From: a virus
Taxonomy: Duplodnaviria; Caudoviricetes
DNA length: 64,000 nucleotides
Reading direction: 5' to 3' (one strand)
IMG/VR virus record: IMGVR_UViG_3300026549_000048
Span: 1 to 64,000 of that record
The notes below the pieces were generated by a model that did not search any database, was not told where the DNA came from, and saw nothing but the letters and a program-made list of their open reading frames with translations. Numbering within the stretch: the first letter of the stretch is position 1; each line of letters begins with the position of its first letter. Below are positions 28,133-38,401 of this stretch, piece after piece. The translations under genes were made by a program, and so were the position numbers.

Positions 28133-30079
28133 ATGACAATGAAAAATATAAAAAAAAATATTTCTGCTGAAAATGTTACTCAATTATTTGATATTAATGT
28201 TCAAAAAGACAGTAACAATAACATTACATCAATAAATTTAACAAGAAAAAATTTCTATAATGAAAGTGATGCACAAAGTGTTGATTTAACAGATTATTTT
28301 TATACAAGACAGGAAGTCGACGATCGTATTAAAATACAACTTGTTGTTTATGAGGGTGGATATTCAACATTACCTCAAAAAAACAACATTAGTGATGGTA
28401 AATCAAATTACATCTATTTAGTTCCATTTTCTGATACAGAGGGTGTACAAGAAGGAATTTATAAGGAATATGTTTGGGTTGAGATAAAAGATTCATCAAA
28501 ATACAGAACAAATGAATCACACCACAATGATTTTGTTGAGAATGGAAAACATTACAATTATGAAGCTGTTGGATCAACCGAAATAGATTTAGAACCAATT
28601 AGAGCACGATTATCAACAGTTGAAACAAATAAAGAAGATAAATCAAATAAAACATCAACATGGAAAACAACAACGAATCATACTCGATATCCAACGGAAA
28701 AACTTGTTAAAACTTCTTTGGATGCAAAAGAAGATGTTGCTAATAAAACTTCAATATGGAACTCAGCAACAAATCATACCCGATATCCAACGGAAAAACT
28801 TGTTAAAGACTCATTGGAAACATTGGAGACAAATTTAATCAATCAATTATCAATTACTGTTGATGACGAATGGGATTCAACAAGTAGCAATCCTGTTCAG
28901 GCAAGTGTAATCAATGATAATTTTTATGATAAAGAGTCACTTATTGAATTATTAAATAATATAGAAAATAGCAATGGTAAACTATTGACCGTTTATATCG
29001 ATGAAAACACAGGAGATCTTGTTGTTGATGATGATAGCTATACATATTACACCACAGAACAAACTGATTCATTATTAAATAATAAAGAAAATATATCTAA
29101 TAAAACAGCGGTGTGGGGATCAACAACAAATAACACTCGCTATCCAACTGAAAAACTTGTTAAAGATTCATTGGATAATAAAGTTGATAAATCAAATACA
29201 TCTGGTCTCATAAAAAATGATGGAACGATTGATACAAATACATATCTTACCCTCAATGATATTTCTGGTAAGGAAGATACCGCTAATAAAACAACATCAT
29301 GGGGGTCAACCCCAAATAGTGTTCGATATCCAACAGAAAAGCTTGTTAAAGACTCATTAGATGGAAAATCAGATATAAATCATACTCATAATTCTCTTAA
29401 TACTCAAAATATTGTTTCTAATAGTGACTTAAATGATGATATGTATAAATCACAAGGTATTTATCTTTGTGAATCTTCATCAAAAGCACAATCATTATCT
29501 AATTGTCCAGTCACAAATGCTTTTGGTATGATTGTTATACAAACCTATGATACTTCAAGTAAATTAGGGTTTAAACAGATATTAATGCCATATAATGTTG
29601 CAGATTCATTGAATGTAATATATACAAGGAATTTCTTTGATACAACTTGGTCTGATTGGAGGCAGATAAGAGATAGTTATAATTCATATAGCAAAAATGA
29701 AGTGGATACTGCATTAAACTCAAAAGAAGACAAATCTAATAAAGTAACTTCTTGGAATTCAACAGTAAATGATACTCGTTATCCAAGTGAAAAACTTGTT
29801 CATGATTCTTTATTAGAAAAAGTAGATTATAGTTATGCAAGTGAGCATTATTCAGAATTAGGTCATGGTCACAATGAGAGTGATATTGAAATAGATTCAA
29901 ATTATCATTCTTCATCATTCATTTCTGATAATGCAATAACAACTCAACAGACTTTTAACGAAGTTGTTGGAACATATTTAGGCAATTTAGAATCTCAAAA
30001 AATTACATTAACTGCTACTCTTGAAAATGGAACAACAAAATCATTTACAATTTATGGTAATGAAAATACTGGTGATTAA
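28133..30079 (+). CDS. Tail fibre with five KE(D/N)xxNK...RYP(T/S)EKLV repeats and a knob-like domain
   Basis: The repeats are visible at protein and DNA level; DLND...GIY...YTR...WSDW knob motif. Confidence 0.75.
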   Translation: MTMKNIKKNISAENVTQLFDINVQKDSNNNITSINLTRKNFYNESDAQSVDLTDYFYTRQEVDDRIKIQLVVYEGGYSTLPQKNNISDGKSNYIYLVPFSDTEGVQEGIYKEYVWVEIKDSSKYRTNESHHNDFVENGKHYNYEAVGSTEIDLEPIRARLSTVETNKEDKSNKTSTWKTTTNHTRYPTEKLVKTSLDAKEDVANKTSIWNSATNHTRYPTEKLVKDSLETLETNLINQLSITVDDEWDSTSSNPVQASVINDNFYDKESLIELLNNIENSNGKLLTVYIDENTGDLVVDDDSYTYYTTEQTDSLLNNKENISNKTAVWGSTTNNTRYPTEKLVKDSLDNKVDKSNTSGLIKNDGTIDTNTYLTLNDISGKEDTANKTTSWGSTPNSVRYPTEKLVKDSLDGKSDINHTHNSLNTQNIVSNSDLNDDMYKSQGIYLCESSSKAQSLSNCPVTNAFGMIVIQTYDTSSKLGFKQILMPYNVADSLNVIYTRNFFDTTWSDWRQIRDSYNSYSKNEVDTALNSKEDKSNKVTSWNSTVNDTRYPSEKLVHDSLLEKVDYSYASEHYSELGHGHNESDIEIDSNYHSSSFISDNAITTQQTFNEVVGTYLGNLESQKITLTATLENGTTKSFTIYGNENTGD

Positions 30080-30081
30080 TC

Positions 30082-31500
30082 ATGAATTTCGATGAGGTCA
30101 CAAGTTTACAGATAGATAATCAAGAAATTATAGAATTATTTATTAATAATGTTTTAGTTTGGCAAAAAAATCAAAAAACATATGGGGAGTTATTTGCTAC
30201 ATTTAGCGGTAACAATGTAACACTTAATAACGCTTATGTGACTGATACTTATCCATCTGCTATTTTTGATGATGGCACTTATATTGCAGAGGTTAATTGG
30301 GGAGATAATCATGAAGAAGTTTTTGATGGTTCAGTTTATCAGATAAGTCATTCATATGAAGATGGATTAAATAATCATACAATAAAATTTACTAAAGATT
30401 TTGAGCAATTAAATGGGATTTTTTATAATTGTAGTAATTTAATTGATATTATTATTCCTTTAAGTGTAACTTCACTTGGAAATGGTTGTTTTGGAGGATG
30501 TAGTGGATTAAGTGAGATTGATATTCCTTCAAGTGTAACTTCACTTGGAAATGGTTGTTTTGCAGGATGTAGTGGATTAAGTGAGATTGATATTCCTTCA
30601 AGTGTAACTTCACTTGGAAATGGTTGTTTTGCAGGATGCATTAATTTAACTAAAATTACTTTTCCTTCAAATATTAAAACATTAAAATATACTTGTTTAG
30701 CTGGGTGTACTTCATTAACTGAAGTTGTTCTTCCTCACAATGTTATGAGATTAGAATCTATGTGTTTTAATAATTGTACTTCATTATCTGAAATTACTAT
30801 ACCTTCAACTGTAAATTCAATAGAAAATGGTTGTTTTTATAATTGCACTAATTTAACTAAATATAATTTAAATTGGGATTCATCTAATACAATAATTGCA
30901 TATGATACTAATATATTCCAAATTAATACCAATACTGTATTTAATATCCCATATGGAACAACTGATTTATATATAGCAAAAAATTATCCATCTGACAAAC
31001 TTGTTGAACAATATTTATATTATAATGAAGATGAAGTAACTTGTGTAAGAGGGTCAAATGCTCATGGTGATAATTTAGTATCTGAATTAACAGATATTGG
31101 TACAAGTGATTGGACATTATCTTTTGATTTAAAAACAAATAAAATTGGTGGTTGTTTAAACATAGGTGCATCTAATCAACACAATAGTTCAACAGATACT
31201 GCTAATTATAGGTTAGGAATAGGTTTTGATATAATTAATAATCAACTGAAAAATTATGCGAACAATAGAACTACTTCATCATATGCCACATCAAACCAAA
31301 TCTTATCTACTGATACATATTATAAGTTTAAAATGGTTAAAAGTGGAAGAACTGTGACATTTTATCAAGATGATGTTCTTTTTGCAACAAAAACAGTATC
31401 TTGGTTACCAAATTATTCATCGTATGATTTATATCCATTGATATGGAATAAAAGTGGAAACAGTATTACATTTAAAAATGTAAAATTAGAAAAAAATTAA
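30082..31500 (+). CDS. BspA-type leucine-rich-repeat adhesin-like protein
   Basis: IPSSVTSLGNGCFAGCSGL 23-aa repeats; beta-sandwich-like C-terminus; no signal peptide. Confidence 0.85.
   Translation: MNFDEVTSLQIDNQEIIELFINNVLVWQKNQKTYGELFATFSGNNVTLNNAYVTDTYPSAIFDDGTYIAEVNWGDNHEEVFDGSVYQISHSYEDGLNNHTIKFTKDFEQLNGIFYNCSNLIDIIIPLSVTSLGNGCFGGCSGLSEIDIPSSVTSLGNGCFAGCSGLSEIDIPSSVTSLGNGCFAGCINLTKITFPSNIKTLKYTCLAGCTSLTEVVLPHNVMRLESMCFNNCTSLSEITIPSTVNSIENGCFYNCTNLTKYNLNWDSSNTIIAYDTNIFQINTNTVFNIPYGTTDLYIAKNYPSDKLVEQYLYYNEDEVTCVRGSNAHGDNLVSELTDIGTSDWTLSFDLKTNKIGGCLNIGASNQHNSSTDTANYRLGIGFDIINNQLKNYANNRTTSSYATSNQILSTDTYYKFKMVKSGRTVTFYQDDVLFATKTVSWLPNYSSYDLYPLIWNKSGNSITFKNVKLEKN
30453..30639 (+). repeat. 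Near-perfect 69-bp tandem repeats encoding LRR units
   Basis: AAGTGTAACTTCACTTGGAAATGGTTGTTTTG occurs three times at 69-bp spacing. Confidence 0.9.
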
Positions 31501-31512
31501 ATAGGTGAATAA

Positions 31513-32286
31513 ATGAATAAAAAATTAATTAGTGTATTAATAATTTGTTCAATTTTATCATTAGGATTTGTTTTTGCGGAAGATAATGAATCATTGAATA
31601 ATAATTCTATTTTTGATAATGAAAAAACAATTATAGCAATAGAAAGTGGAGATTCTAATATTTCATTCGAAGATGGCTATAAAGGATATTGTGCAGAATG
31701 GGGAGAACATTCTGCAGAAGAGGGCCAAAAATTTATTGTTAAAAATACATCACAAATAAACAATAATAATTATTTAAAAACAATGTTTTTATTTTTCCAT
31801 AATCAAACTCAAAAAGATGTATATGCTACACAACATATGGTTTGGAAATTCACCGATGATAAACAATTCAGTCGATTCAATCAAACATGGTATAATCAAA
31901 TAATTGAAACTGGAGATAAATACACCATACCAGATTCAGGTAAAATACCTATTAATGAAACACACCAATTTAGCTTCGATTTTAAATTATTTATGCCACT
32001 CATTAATGAATTTCAGAATTTTTTTGCATATCAATTTTTAATTGAAGAAACACCTAATGAGCCAGATATTCAAATAAATAATTCTACAATCAATAATTCA
32101 ACTACTTTATTACCAAATCATCAAAATAATAATAACAGTTTTGAATATAATGATATTTATGATTATAACAATATAAAAAACAATGATATATCTATAGGTA
32201 ACCATCAAACTGGCATAAATTTATGGGCCCTTGGATGTGTTATAGTTATGTTAATCACAATATGGATAGCTAATAAATATAATTAA
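31513..32286 (+). CDS. Secreted, membrane-anchored thioester-domain (TED/TQXA-like) surface protein
   Basis: Signal peptide; YKGYCAE and TQHMVW motifs; Asn-rich stalk; HQTG followed by a C-terminal TM helix. Confidence 0.75.
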   Translation: MNKKLISVLIICSILSLGFVFAEDNESLNNNSIFDNEKTIIAIESGDSNISFEDGYKGYCAEWGEHSAEEGQKFIVKNTSQINNNNYLKTMFLFFHNQTQKDVYATQHMVWKFTDDKQFSRFNQTWYNQIIETGDKYTIPDSGKIPINETHQFSFDFKLFMPLINEFQNFFAYQFLIEETPNEPDIQINNSTINNSTTLLPNHQNNNNSFEYNDIYDYNNIKNNDISIGNHQTGINLWALGCVIVMLITIWIANKYN

Positions 32287-32297
32287 AGAGGATTAAT

Positions 32298-33620
32298 ATG
32301 ATAAGATTTGAAACCGTAAGAATACTAAAAAAATTCCTTGAAGATCGAAATAACAAGATAACATCATTGTCTTCATCTTCAACAAATACACAATATCCTT
32401 CTGCAAAAGCAGTATACGATTTTGTTCAAAATAAAGTAAATAAAACAAATGGAACTTCACAAATAACAGATACAAACGCAAATAATTATACAAATATTGG
32501 CAACCTAAGTTCTGGCGCTACGCAACAAGATATTAATAATGCCATTAATAATATGTTAGGTACAGTTCAAGGATTAGAGGTTATTAAAGTAGTATCTGAT
32601 AAAGGAGAGGCTTCTGCTTCAACAATGAATAAGCTATATATCGTATCAGAAAATAATAAGGTTAATGTATATTATACAAAACAAAATGGCAATAATTATA
32701 GTTGGGCAAAATTAGATGAAGATATACTTGATGAATTAAATATTAGTTGGTCTGATATTCAAAACAAACCATCTACATACCCACCAAGTGAGCATACACA
32801 TAGTAACTACAATAAAACAACCTATAATCAAACATTATCTCAGAATACAGATGGAGCTTATGAAATTGGAAAAATAAATATAGATGGAATTAATACTACT
32901 ATTTTCGGAAAGGATACGGACACTAAATATACACCATCAAATTTAATTCCGTTAGTTGATAGTATTAATGGAACAAAAGGGACATCTGCAAATTATTCCA
33001 GAGAAGATCACGCACACCCTCATATAAAAGCTTCTATTATATCAACATCTACATCTCAAATTTCGTTAGATGACTATAAGGAACCTGGAATATACAAAAT
33101 CAATGGTGTTAGTACATTAGATGTTGACAATTCTATTGATTTATCTTCATATAGTTATGCGATATTAGAAATAAAAAATTATTCTACAACATCTCTTATT
33201 CAGATTTTATATACAATTAAGAAAAATGTAATAAATAAAATTTTTTATAGAATATGTTATACGGACGTTTGGACAAATTGGAGCGAATTAACAAAAGATA
33301 CAATATATACACATCCAAGTTATACCGCAAGAACTGGAAAACCAACAGCTAATCAAACACCTGCTTTCGGCGATACAATAACAATTTCCCAAATTATTAG
33401 TGATAATACAGGACATATTACCGCGGCAACAGACAGAACAATTAAAATTCCAAATGCATTAGGAAACGGAACAAAAGCAGGATTATCCACATGTGATTTT
33501 ACAAATGTCTATAAAAACAAAGTAAATAATTTAAAGAATGTAGCTTTATCAGGGTCTTATACTGATTTATCAGATACCCCAGAATTATCATATGAGAATG
33601 GAGTATTAAAATTTGAATAG
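32298..33620 (+). CDS. Tail fibre protein
   Basis: QYPSAKAVYD, WSDIQNKPSTYPPSEHTH, YSREDHAHP, knob motif and YTHP fibre motifs. Confidence 0.78.
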   Translation: MIRFETVRILKKFLEDRNNKITSLSSSSTNTQYPSAKAVYDFVQNKVNKTNGTSQITDTNANNYTNIGNLSSGATQQDINNAINNMLGTVQGLEVIKVVSDKGEASASTMNKLYIVSENNKVNVYYTKQNGNNYSWAKLDEDILDELNISWSDIQNKPSTYPPSEHTHSNYNKTTYNQTLSQNTDGAYEIGKINIDGINTTIFGKDTDTKYTPSNLIPLVDSINGTKGTSANYSREDHAHPHIKASIISTSTSQISLDDYKEPGIYKINGVSTLDVDNSIDLSSYSYAILEIKNYSTTSLIQILYTIKKNVINKIFYRICYTDVWTNWSELTKDTIYTHPSYTARTGKPTANQTPAFGDTITISQIISDNTGHITAATDRTIKIPNALGNGTKAGLSTCDFTNVYKNKVNNLKNVALSGSYTDLSDTPELSYENGVLKFE

Positions 33621-33628
33621 GTGATAAT

Positions 33629-34678
33629 ATCACAAAAATAAATTATTTATATAAAACACAAATTGATTCAGATAATTATACGATTGATATTGATAAATAT
33701 ACAGTCATAACCGCAAAATTAATTGATTTTAATAATAATCCAGTATCTAATACTAATGTTACAATTACTTGTGATAAAGGAAAATTTTATAATAATTCAC
33801 ATATTGTTCAGCAAACACTAATATATACTGAATATAATGATAAAATTATTTTTTCTTTTAATGCATATAGTCCAAAACAAACATTGAAAGTTACATTTAA
33901 ATATAATGAATCAACAGTAGAACTTAATATTGATTTAAGTGTAGGTATGAATGGGAATAATTATACTTGGATGATTGATCCAAGTTCTATTGAAATAATT
34001 AAAATAGATTTGACTCCTATTGTTGATGATGGTGTATTATATATAGGATTAGATGATACAATATGGGGTGGCTCAACAGATTTAAATGAACTAAATATAG
34101 GTAAAAGTAACACTATTACTGGAACAACAAATGATGAAGGTTATGTTAAATTTGTATATGATGCATCAGAATGGGGGTTCATAACTCTTTCTGCGAATAA
34201 TTCAACTGTGAAATTATGGGTAACTGGGTGGAGAAATGTTGAAACAAGAAAAAACATTGAATATAAATACAATACTCAAAAATGTACTAAACAATTTTCT
34301 TCTGATCCATTTCCAACGAGAAATATTAGATATGATGACAGTATAGGTGCAGTACAATATGAATTACATTATCAAAATACATCACAATTAGATTTGAATC
34401 CATCAGATACTGATGTTATTTGTGAGTTTGTTGAGGGTACTGATGATAATGAATCAAATTTACCGAATAGTATTTTTAATTGGAATTTTGCAGAACATCA
34501 ATATTCTGTATGGTATAAATCAAATATTTGTTTTTGGTTTAGAGCAACTGGAGAATTATGTGTGAGAGGGTATAGAGAGAATAATACTTCTCATGTTGTA
34601 AGCATTCCAGCTAATTCTACATCAATCTGGTTAACTCATGAAAAAAGATATATGCCTAATGGGAGAGTGGATATATGA
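33629..34678 (+). CDS. Ig-like/adhesin paralog 1; reading frame extends 85 codons upstream of the called TTG (apparent ATC start)
   Basis: Open frame from 33629 encodes LIDFNNNPVSNTNVTITCDKG, shared with the next two genes; GGTGA-TAAT-ATC. Confidence 0.65.
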   Translation: MTKINYLYKTQIDSDNYTIDIDKYTVITAKLIDFNNNPVSNTNVTITCDKGKFYNNSHIVQQTLIYTEYNDKIIFSFNAYSPKQTLKVTFKYNESTVELNIDLSVGMNGNNYTWMIDPSSIEIIKIDLTPIVDDGVLYIGLDDTIWGGSTDLNELNIGKSNTITGTTNDEGYVKFVYDASEWGFITLSANNSTVKLWVTGWRNVETRKNIEYKYNTQKCTKQFSSDPFPTRNIRYDDSIGAVQYELHYQNTSQLDLNPSDTDVICEFVEGTDDNESNLPNSIFNWNFAEHQYSVWYKSNICFWFRATGELCVRGYRENNTSHVVSIPANSTSIWLTHEKRYMPNGRVDI

Positions 34679-35340
34679 GTGTGAATAATTTGTATGAGGT
34701 AAAAATATATCATTCTGATTCTTCATCTTTGAATGCTAATATTGATGGTGAAAACCTACTTGATGATATAAAAGTATTTACTATTCAAGTTGTTGATTAT
34801 AATAATAATCCTTTAAAAGATAAAACTATTGAAGTGAGTTGTGATAAAGGTTATTTTACATTGTGGACAAATGATGATGGAGATGTCAATCATACATTAA
34901 ATAATGTTAAAAGTTTTACTGGAACAACCAATACTGATGGGAAATTTGATTGCATATATCGTGCAAATGAATGGGGATTATGTACAATATCATGTGATAC
35001 TGTAAAATTACAATTATTTGTTACTGGGTTTAAAACAATGAATGTAACCTCTCAAAAAGGTTATGAATGTATTTTTCAAGTTGATGAATCATATAGGTCA
35101 TGTAGACTTGCAATAAATCTTCCATCACATACATTAGTAAATTCAGAATCAACACCGTTGGATACTATTGGATTCCCAAAACAAAAATATTATCCACCAT
35201 TGGGACTACATATATCTTCTTACAGAAGTGATATAAAATATCATTTAACAACAAATGGTGAGTTGATGGGTAGAACATATGATGGGCTGAGTAGTAGTTC
35301 TGTTTCTGCACATACAGAAGTTTTTGAATGGCATTATTAA
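34675..35340 (+). CDS. Ig-like/adhesin paralog 2
   Basis: VVDYNNNPLKDKTIEVSCDKG...GTTNTDG...ANEWG. Confidence 0.75.
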   Translation: MSVNNLYEVKIYHSDSSSLNANIDGENLLDDIKVFTIQVVDYNNNPLKDKTIEVSCDKGYFTLWTNDDGDVNHTLNNVKSFTGTTNTDGKFDCIYRANEWGLCTISCDTVKLQLFVTGFKTMNVTSQKGYECIFQVDESYRSCRLAINLPSHTLVNSESTPLDTIGFPKQKYYPPLGLHISSYRSDIKYHLTTNGELMGRTYDGLSSSSVSAHTEVFEWHY

Positions 35341-35350
35341 AGGTGATAAA

Positions 35351-35989
35351 ATGATTCTTGCAAGTGATTTATATGAAGTAAAATTTACACCATCAGAAAC
35401 ATTATTACGAATTAATAGGAGTAGTAGTATAAACATAAAACTTATTGATTTTAATGGTAACAATGTTAGTGGAAAAACTATCACTGTAAAATGTGATAAA
35501 GGTGTTTTTACGAATAATAATTCTAATACATATACAAATACAACTGGAGCTAATGGATTAAATGTAAATTTCAAAACAGATTCCAATGGTATTATAACTA
35601 TTACCGTAATCGTTGAAGGGGTAGTTAGGAAAGAAAATCTTCAATTATATGCAGATACATTTAAAAAAATGGTTTTAAATGGGAATAATAATGATGGTGA
35701 TGTGTATTTATATATAAATGATAGAATAAAACAATGTTTTTTATATTATCCATGCAAACTCACAAAATACTATAAGAAAAAAAGTAGTGATACATCATAT
35801 TTTAAAATATTAGAAGATAATGGATTTATTCCAAAAACATATAGACCAAAATTTTCAAGTGTTTGTGGTGTAGCATATAGACCTGATATAATCTTTTATG
35901 TTACTATGGACGGCGGAATTAATTATCGTGTCGAAGAAGATAAAACATTAGATGGAAGTGCAGTTATTAGATTAAGTTGGACATATTAA
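35351..35989 (+). CDS. Ig-like/adhesin paralog 3 (start at 35351)
   Basis: AGGTGA SD; LIDFNGNNVSGKTITVKCDKG. Confidence 0.75.
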   Translation: MILASDLYEVKFTPSETLLRINRSSSINIKLIDFNGNNVSGKTITVKCDKGVFTNNNSNTYTNTTGANGLNVNFKTDSNGIITITVIVEGVVRKENLQLYADTFKKMVLNGNNNDGDVYLYINDRIKQCFLYYPCKLTKYYKKKSSDTSYFKILEDNGFIPKTYRPKFSSVCGVAYRPDIIFYVTMDGGINYRVEEDKTLDGSAVIRLSWTY

Positions 35990-36146
35990 AGGTTAATTGT
36001 ATAATAAATAAAACATCTAATATCATATAATCTTTATAGAACTTTATATTATCCATTACTATAATAAAAAATAATTATTCGTAAAAATCATATATATAAA
36101 ACCGATTAATAAAATATTATCTAATATCAAAATAAGGTGATAAAAT

Positions 36147-36827
36147 ATGACAAGTTTTAGTAAATCTGAAGTATTAAAAGGGGCAAAAACTGTTAAAAAC
36201 AGTATAAAAAATGGAAAAGGAATTCCGTCCTCTATTACCCTAAAAACCAGAGAAAATGGAAAAGAAAAAAAATTAACTAAGGCTCAATTTGCAGGAATCA
36301 TGGAATCAACAAATGTTTTTATACTTAAGAACGGTCGATATCCAAAATACACTACACTTAATTCAACAGCAAATAATCCATTGGTTATGAATTATCAAAA
36401 TGATAGTGTAAGCTGTGGCCCAGCTTCTTTTAATATGTGTGTACAGTTATTATACGGAGAATGGATTGGTGAAAAAGCTATTAAAAAAACATTTGGAACT
36501 GGTTCCAGCGGAACTGATCCATCACAAATAATTGCTGGAGCTAAAAAATATGGATATACTGTAGAAAAAATAGGAAGAAATTATGCAAGTGTAAAAAAAG
36601 CATTAGATAAGGGATATCCTATCTTGGCTCACATCGATACGAAACCAGCTACCTGTTTAGGTTATAAAAATAATTATGGTCATTGGACAGTTATTTATGG
36701 GTACACTAAAGATGGTTATTATAAAATTGCTGATCCAACTAAAGGTATAAAAATTTGTGCTCCACGTATTTATGATAAAGCAATGTTAAACAGAACCATA
36801 TATTATTATCAAGTCAAACCAAGATAA
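36147..36827 (+). CDS. Pseudomurein endoisopeptidase (endolysin): pseudomurein-binding repeats plus C39 peptidase (PeiR-like)
   Basis: FILKNGRYPKY repeat motif; YQ...SCGPAS, GT, GHW and IADP C39 motifs. Confidence 0.88.
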   Translation: MTSFSKSEVLKGAKTVKNSIKNGKGIPSSITLKTRENGKEKKLTKAQFAGIMESTNVFILKNGRYPKYTTLNSTANNPLVMNYQNDSVSCGPASFNMCVQLLYGEWIGEKAIKKTFGTGSSGTDPSQIIAGAKKYGYTVEKIGRNYASVKKALDKGYPILAHIDTKPATCLGYKNNYGHWTVIYGYTKDGYYKIADPTKGIKICAPRIYDKAMLNRTIYYYQVKPR

Positions 36828-36836
36828 GGTGATTTA

Positions 36837-37211
36837 ATGAGTTACAAAAATCAAAACTATATGAGAAATTATTTGTTAAAAGAAGAGGCTGATAAAGCAC
36901 AAAAAGATTATGTCGAAGAAGAACAGGAAACACAAATTGAACAACCTCTTACTCCAACCCATTCTTTTATTATGTATAAAGATGATCAAAAATCTGAAGA
37001 AGATGGAAGAGGAACATGTCATGTAGACAATGTTGAAAATGATTATGTTAAAGTTAAAATTTTAACAAATTCAAATAGTCAAATGGTTAACCAATCCTTT
37101 TTTGTTCTAAGAGAACCTGCAATGAATGGAACAATATCTGCATTATATAACAACAATACTGGAGCAAGCCCAATAGGACTATTTATCGAACTGAGTGAAT
37201 ATACAGAATAA
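36837..37211 (+). CDS. Hypothetical protein
   Basis: AGGTGA SD; operonic. Confidence 0.7.
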   Translation: MSYKNQNYMRNYLLKEEADKAQKDYVEEEQETQIEQPLTPTHSFIMYKDDQKSEEDGRGTCHVDNVENDYVKVKILTNSNSQMVNQSFFVLREPAMNGTISALYNNNTGASPIGLFIELSEYTE

Positions 37212-37226
37212 TAAGGGAGAAATAAA

Positions 37227-38393
37227 ATGGCAGATGCATACGTTGAATCTTTAATGGAGTTAGATGAAGATTCAATTTTAACACAACTTAATTCTATTGC
37301 CCAGGAATTAGGATTAATCAAAGAAGTATTTGAAACATCCAGAATTTACCTACATTATGCCGTTTTCGCCAGAGTTTTTGGACATATTTCTCAGATTATT
37401 GGGCAGTATTATGATACCGTTGATTTAGATAATACAACAGATGAAGCTCTTTTAGAACAACAAATAAAACCATTTGTGACAAAAAGAGATGCACGTGTAG
37501 CTAAAACTATTTTGCGTTTTTCACGAAGAGATGATTATTTTGGCACAAACAATGATATTTTAATTCCACGTGATCTTGAGGTGTCAACGGAAGGGGACGA
37601 CCCAATTATTTTTCGAACAGCAGAAGCCAGAACATTGTGGAAAGATACATACGCTGTTCTTATCCCAGCCTACTCTGTTGAAGTCGGATCTGTAAATAAT
37701 GTCGATGTTAATACATTGACATTTTTTGATGATAATGAATATTTCCCCCAAATTAAAGTCACAAATATTTATCCTGCTTATGGGGGTAGTGATGAAGAAA
37801 CCGCTTTTGACGCAAGAGAGCGAATTGGAATGTTTCGATATGGAAGAGATTCTACTCGACTTTCAATTTTAGATTTATTATACGACAATGGGGTCTCATA
37901 CTATGCCTGCAATCTTGTTGAGTATTACGAAGGATATGGAACAGTATTAATTAGTATGGACGTTGACTCAGAAGAAGAATTCAATGATATTGTTGCTGCA
38001 ATAGAAGCTCAAAAACCTGGTGGTGTCAAATATCAATATAGTATGGTAGATTATGTTTATATCAATATTAACATTACAATTAAAATTGTTGTTGAAAAAG
38101 CATATACACCATATGAAAAAGACGAAATTGAAAATAGTATTAAAACCGCTATCGAAACATATTTCGCCAATCAAGTTTATGTTGGAAAAAAATTATCAGT
38201 TAATCGATTAGAATCATATATTTTACAATTCCTATTCGATGAACAATATGATATCTATGAGGTAGATATTGATATCGAAGATAATTCTGATTTAAATGTT
38301 GATTTTGAAACTGGACAATTAAAAGTTGAGCCATTTCAAAGATTATCTCCAAATCTTATTTATACAACAATTGAATATAACATTGATGCGTAG
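37227..38393 (+). CDS. Baseplate J-like wedge protein
   Basis: IPRDLEVST, GSVNNV, YGGSDEETAFDARER and KPGGV motifs. Confidence 0.88.
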   Translation: MADAYVESLMELDEDSILTQLNSIAQELGLIKEVFETSRIYLHYAVFARVFGHISQIIGQYYDTVDLDNTTDEALLEQQIKPFVTKRDARVAKTILRFSRRDDYFGTNNDILIPRDLEVSTEGDDPIIFRTAEARTLWKDTYAVLIPAYSVEVGSVNNVDVNTLTFFDDNEYFPQIKVTNIYPAYGGSDEETAFDARERIGMFRYGRDSTRLSILDLLYDNGVSYYACNLVEYYEGYGTVLISMDVDSEEEFNDIVAAIEAQKPGGVKYQYSMVDYVYININITIKIVVEKAYTPYEKDEIENSIKTAIETYFANQVYVGKKLSVNRLESYILQFLFDEQYDIYEVDIDIEDNSDLNVDFETGQLKVEPFQRLSPNLIYTTIEYNIDA

Positions 38394-38401
38394 GTGATAT
38401 A

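Noticed and set aside
26148-35989. Diversity-generating retroelement or invertase shufflon acting on fibre genes
   Set aside because: No reverse transcriptase, recombinase, TR/VR pair or inverted cassettes are seen in the window.
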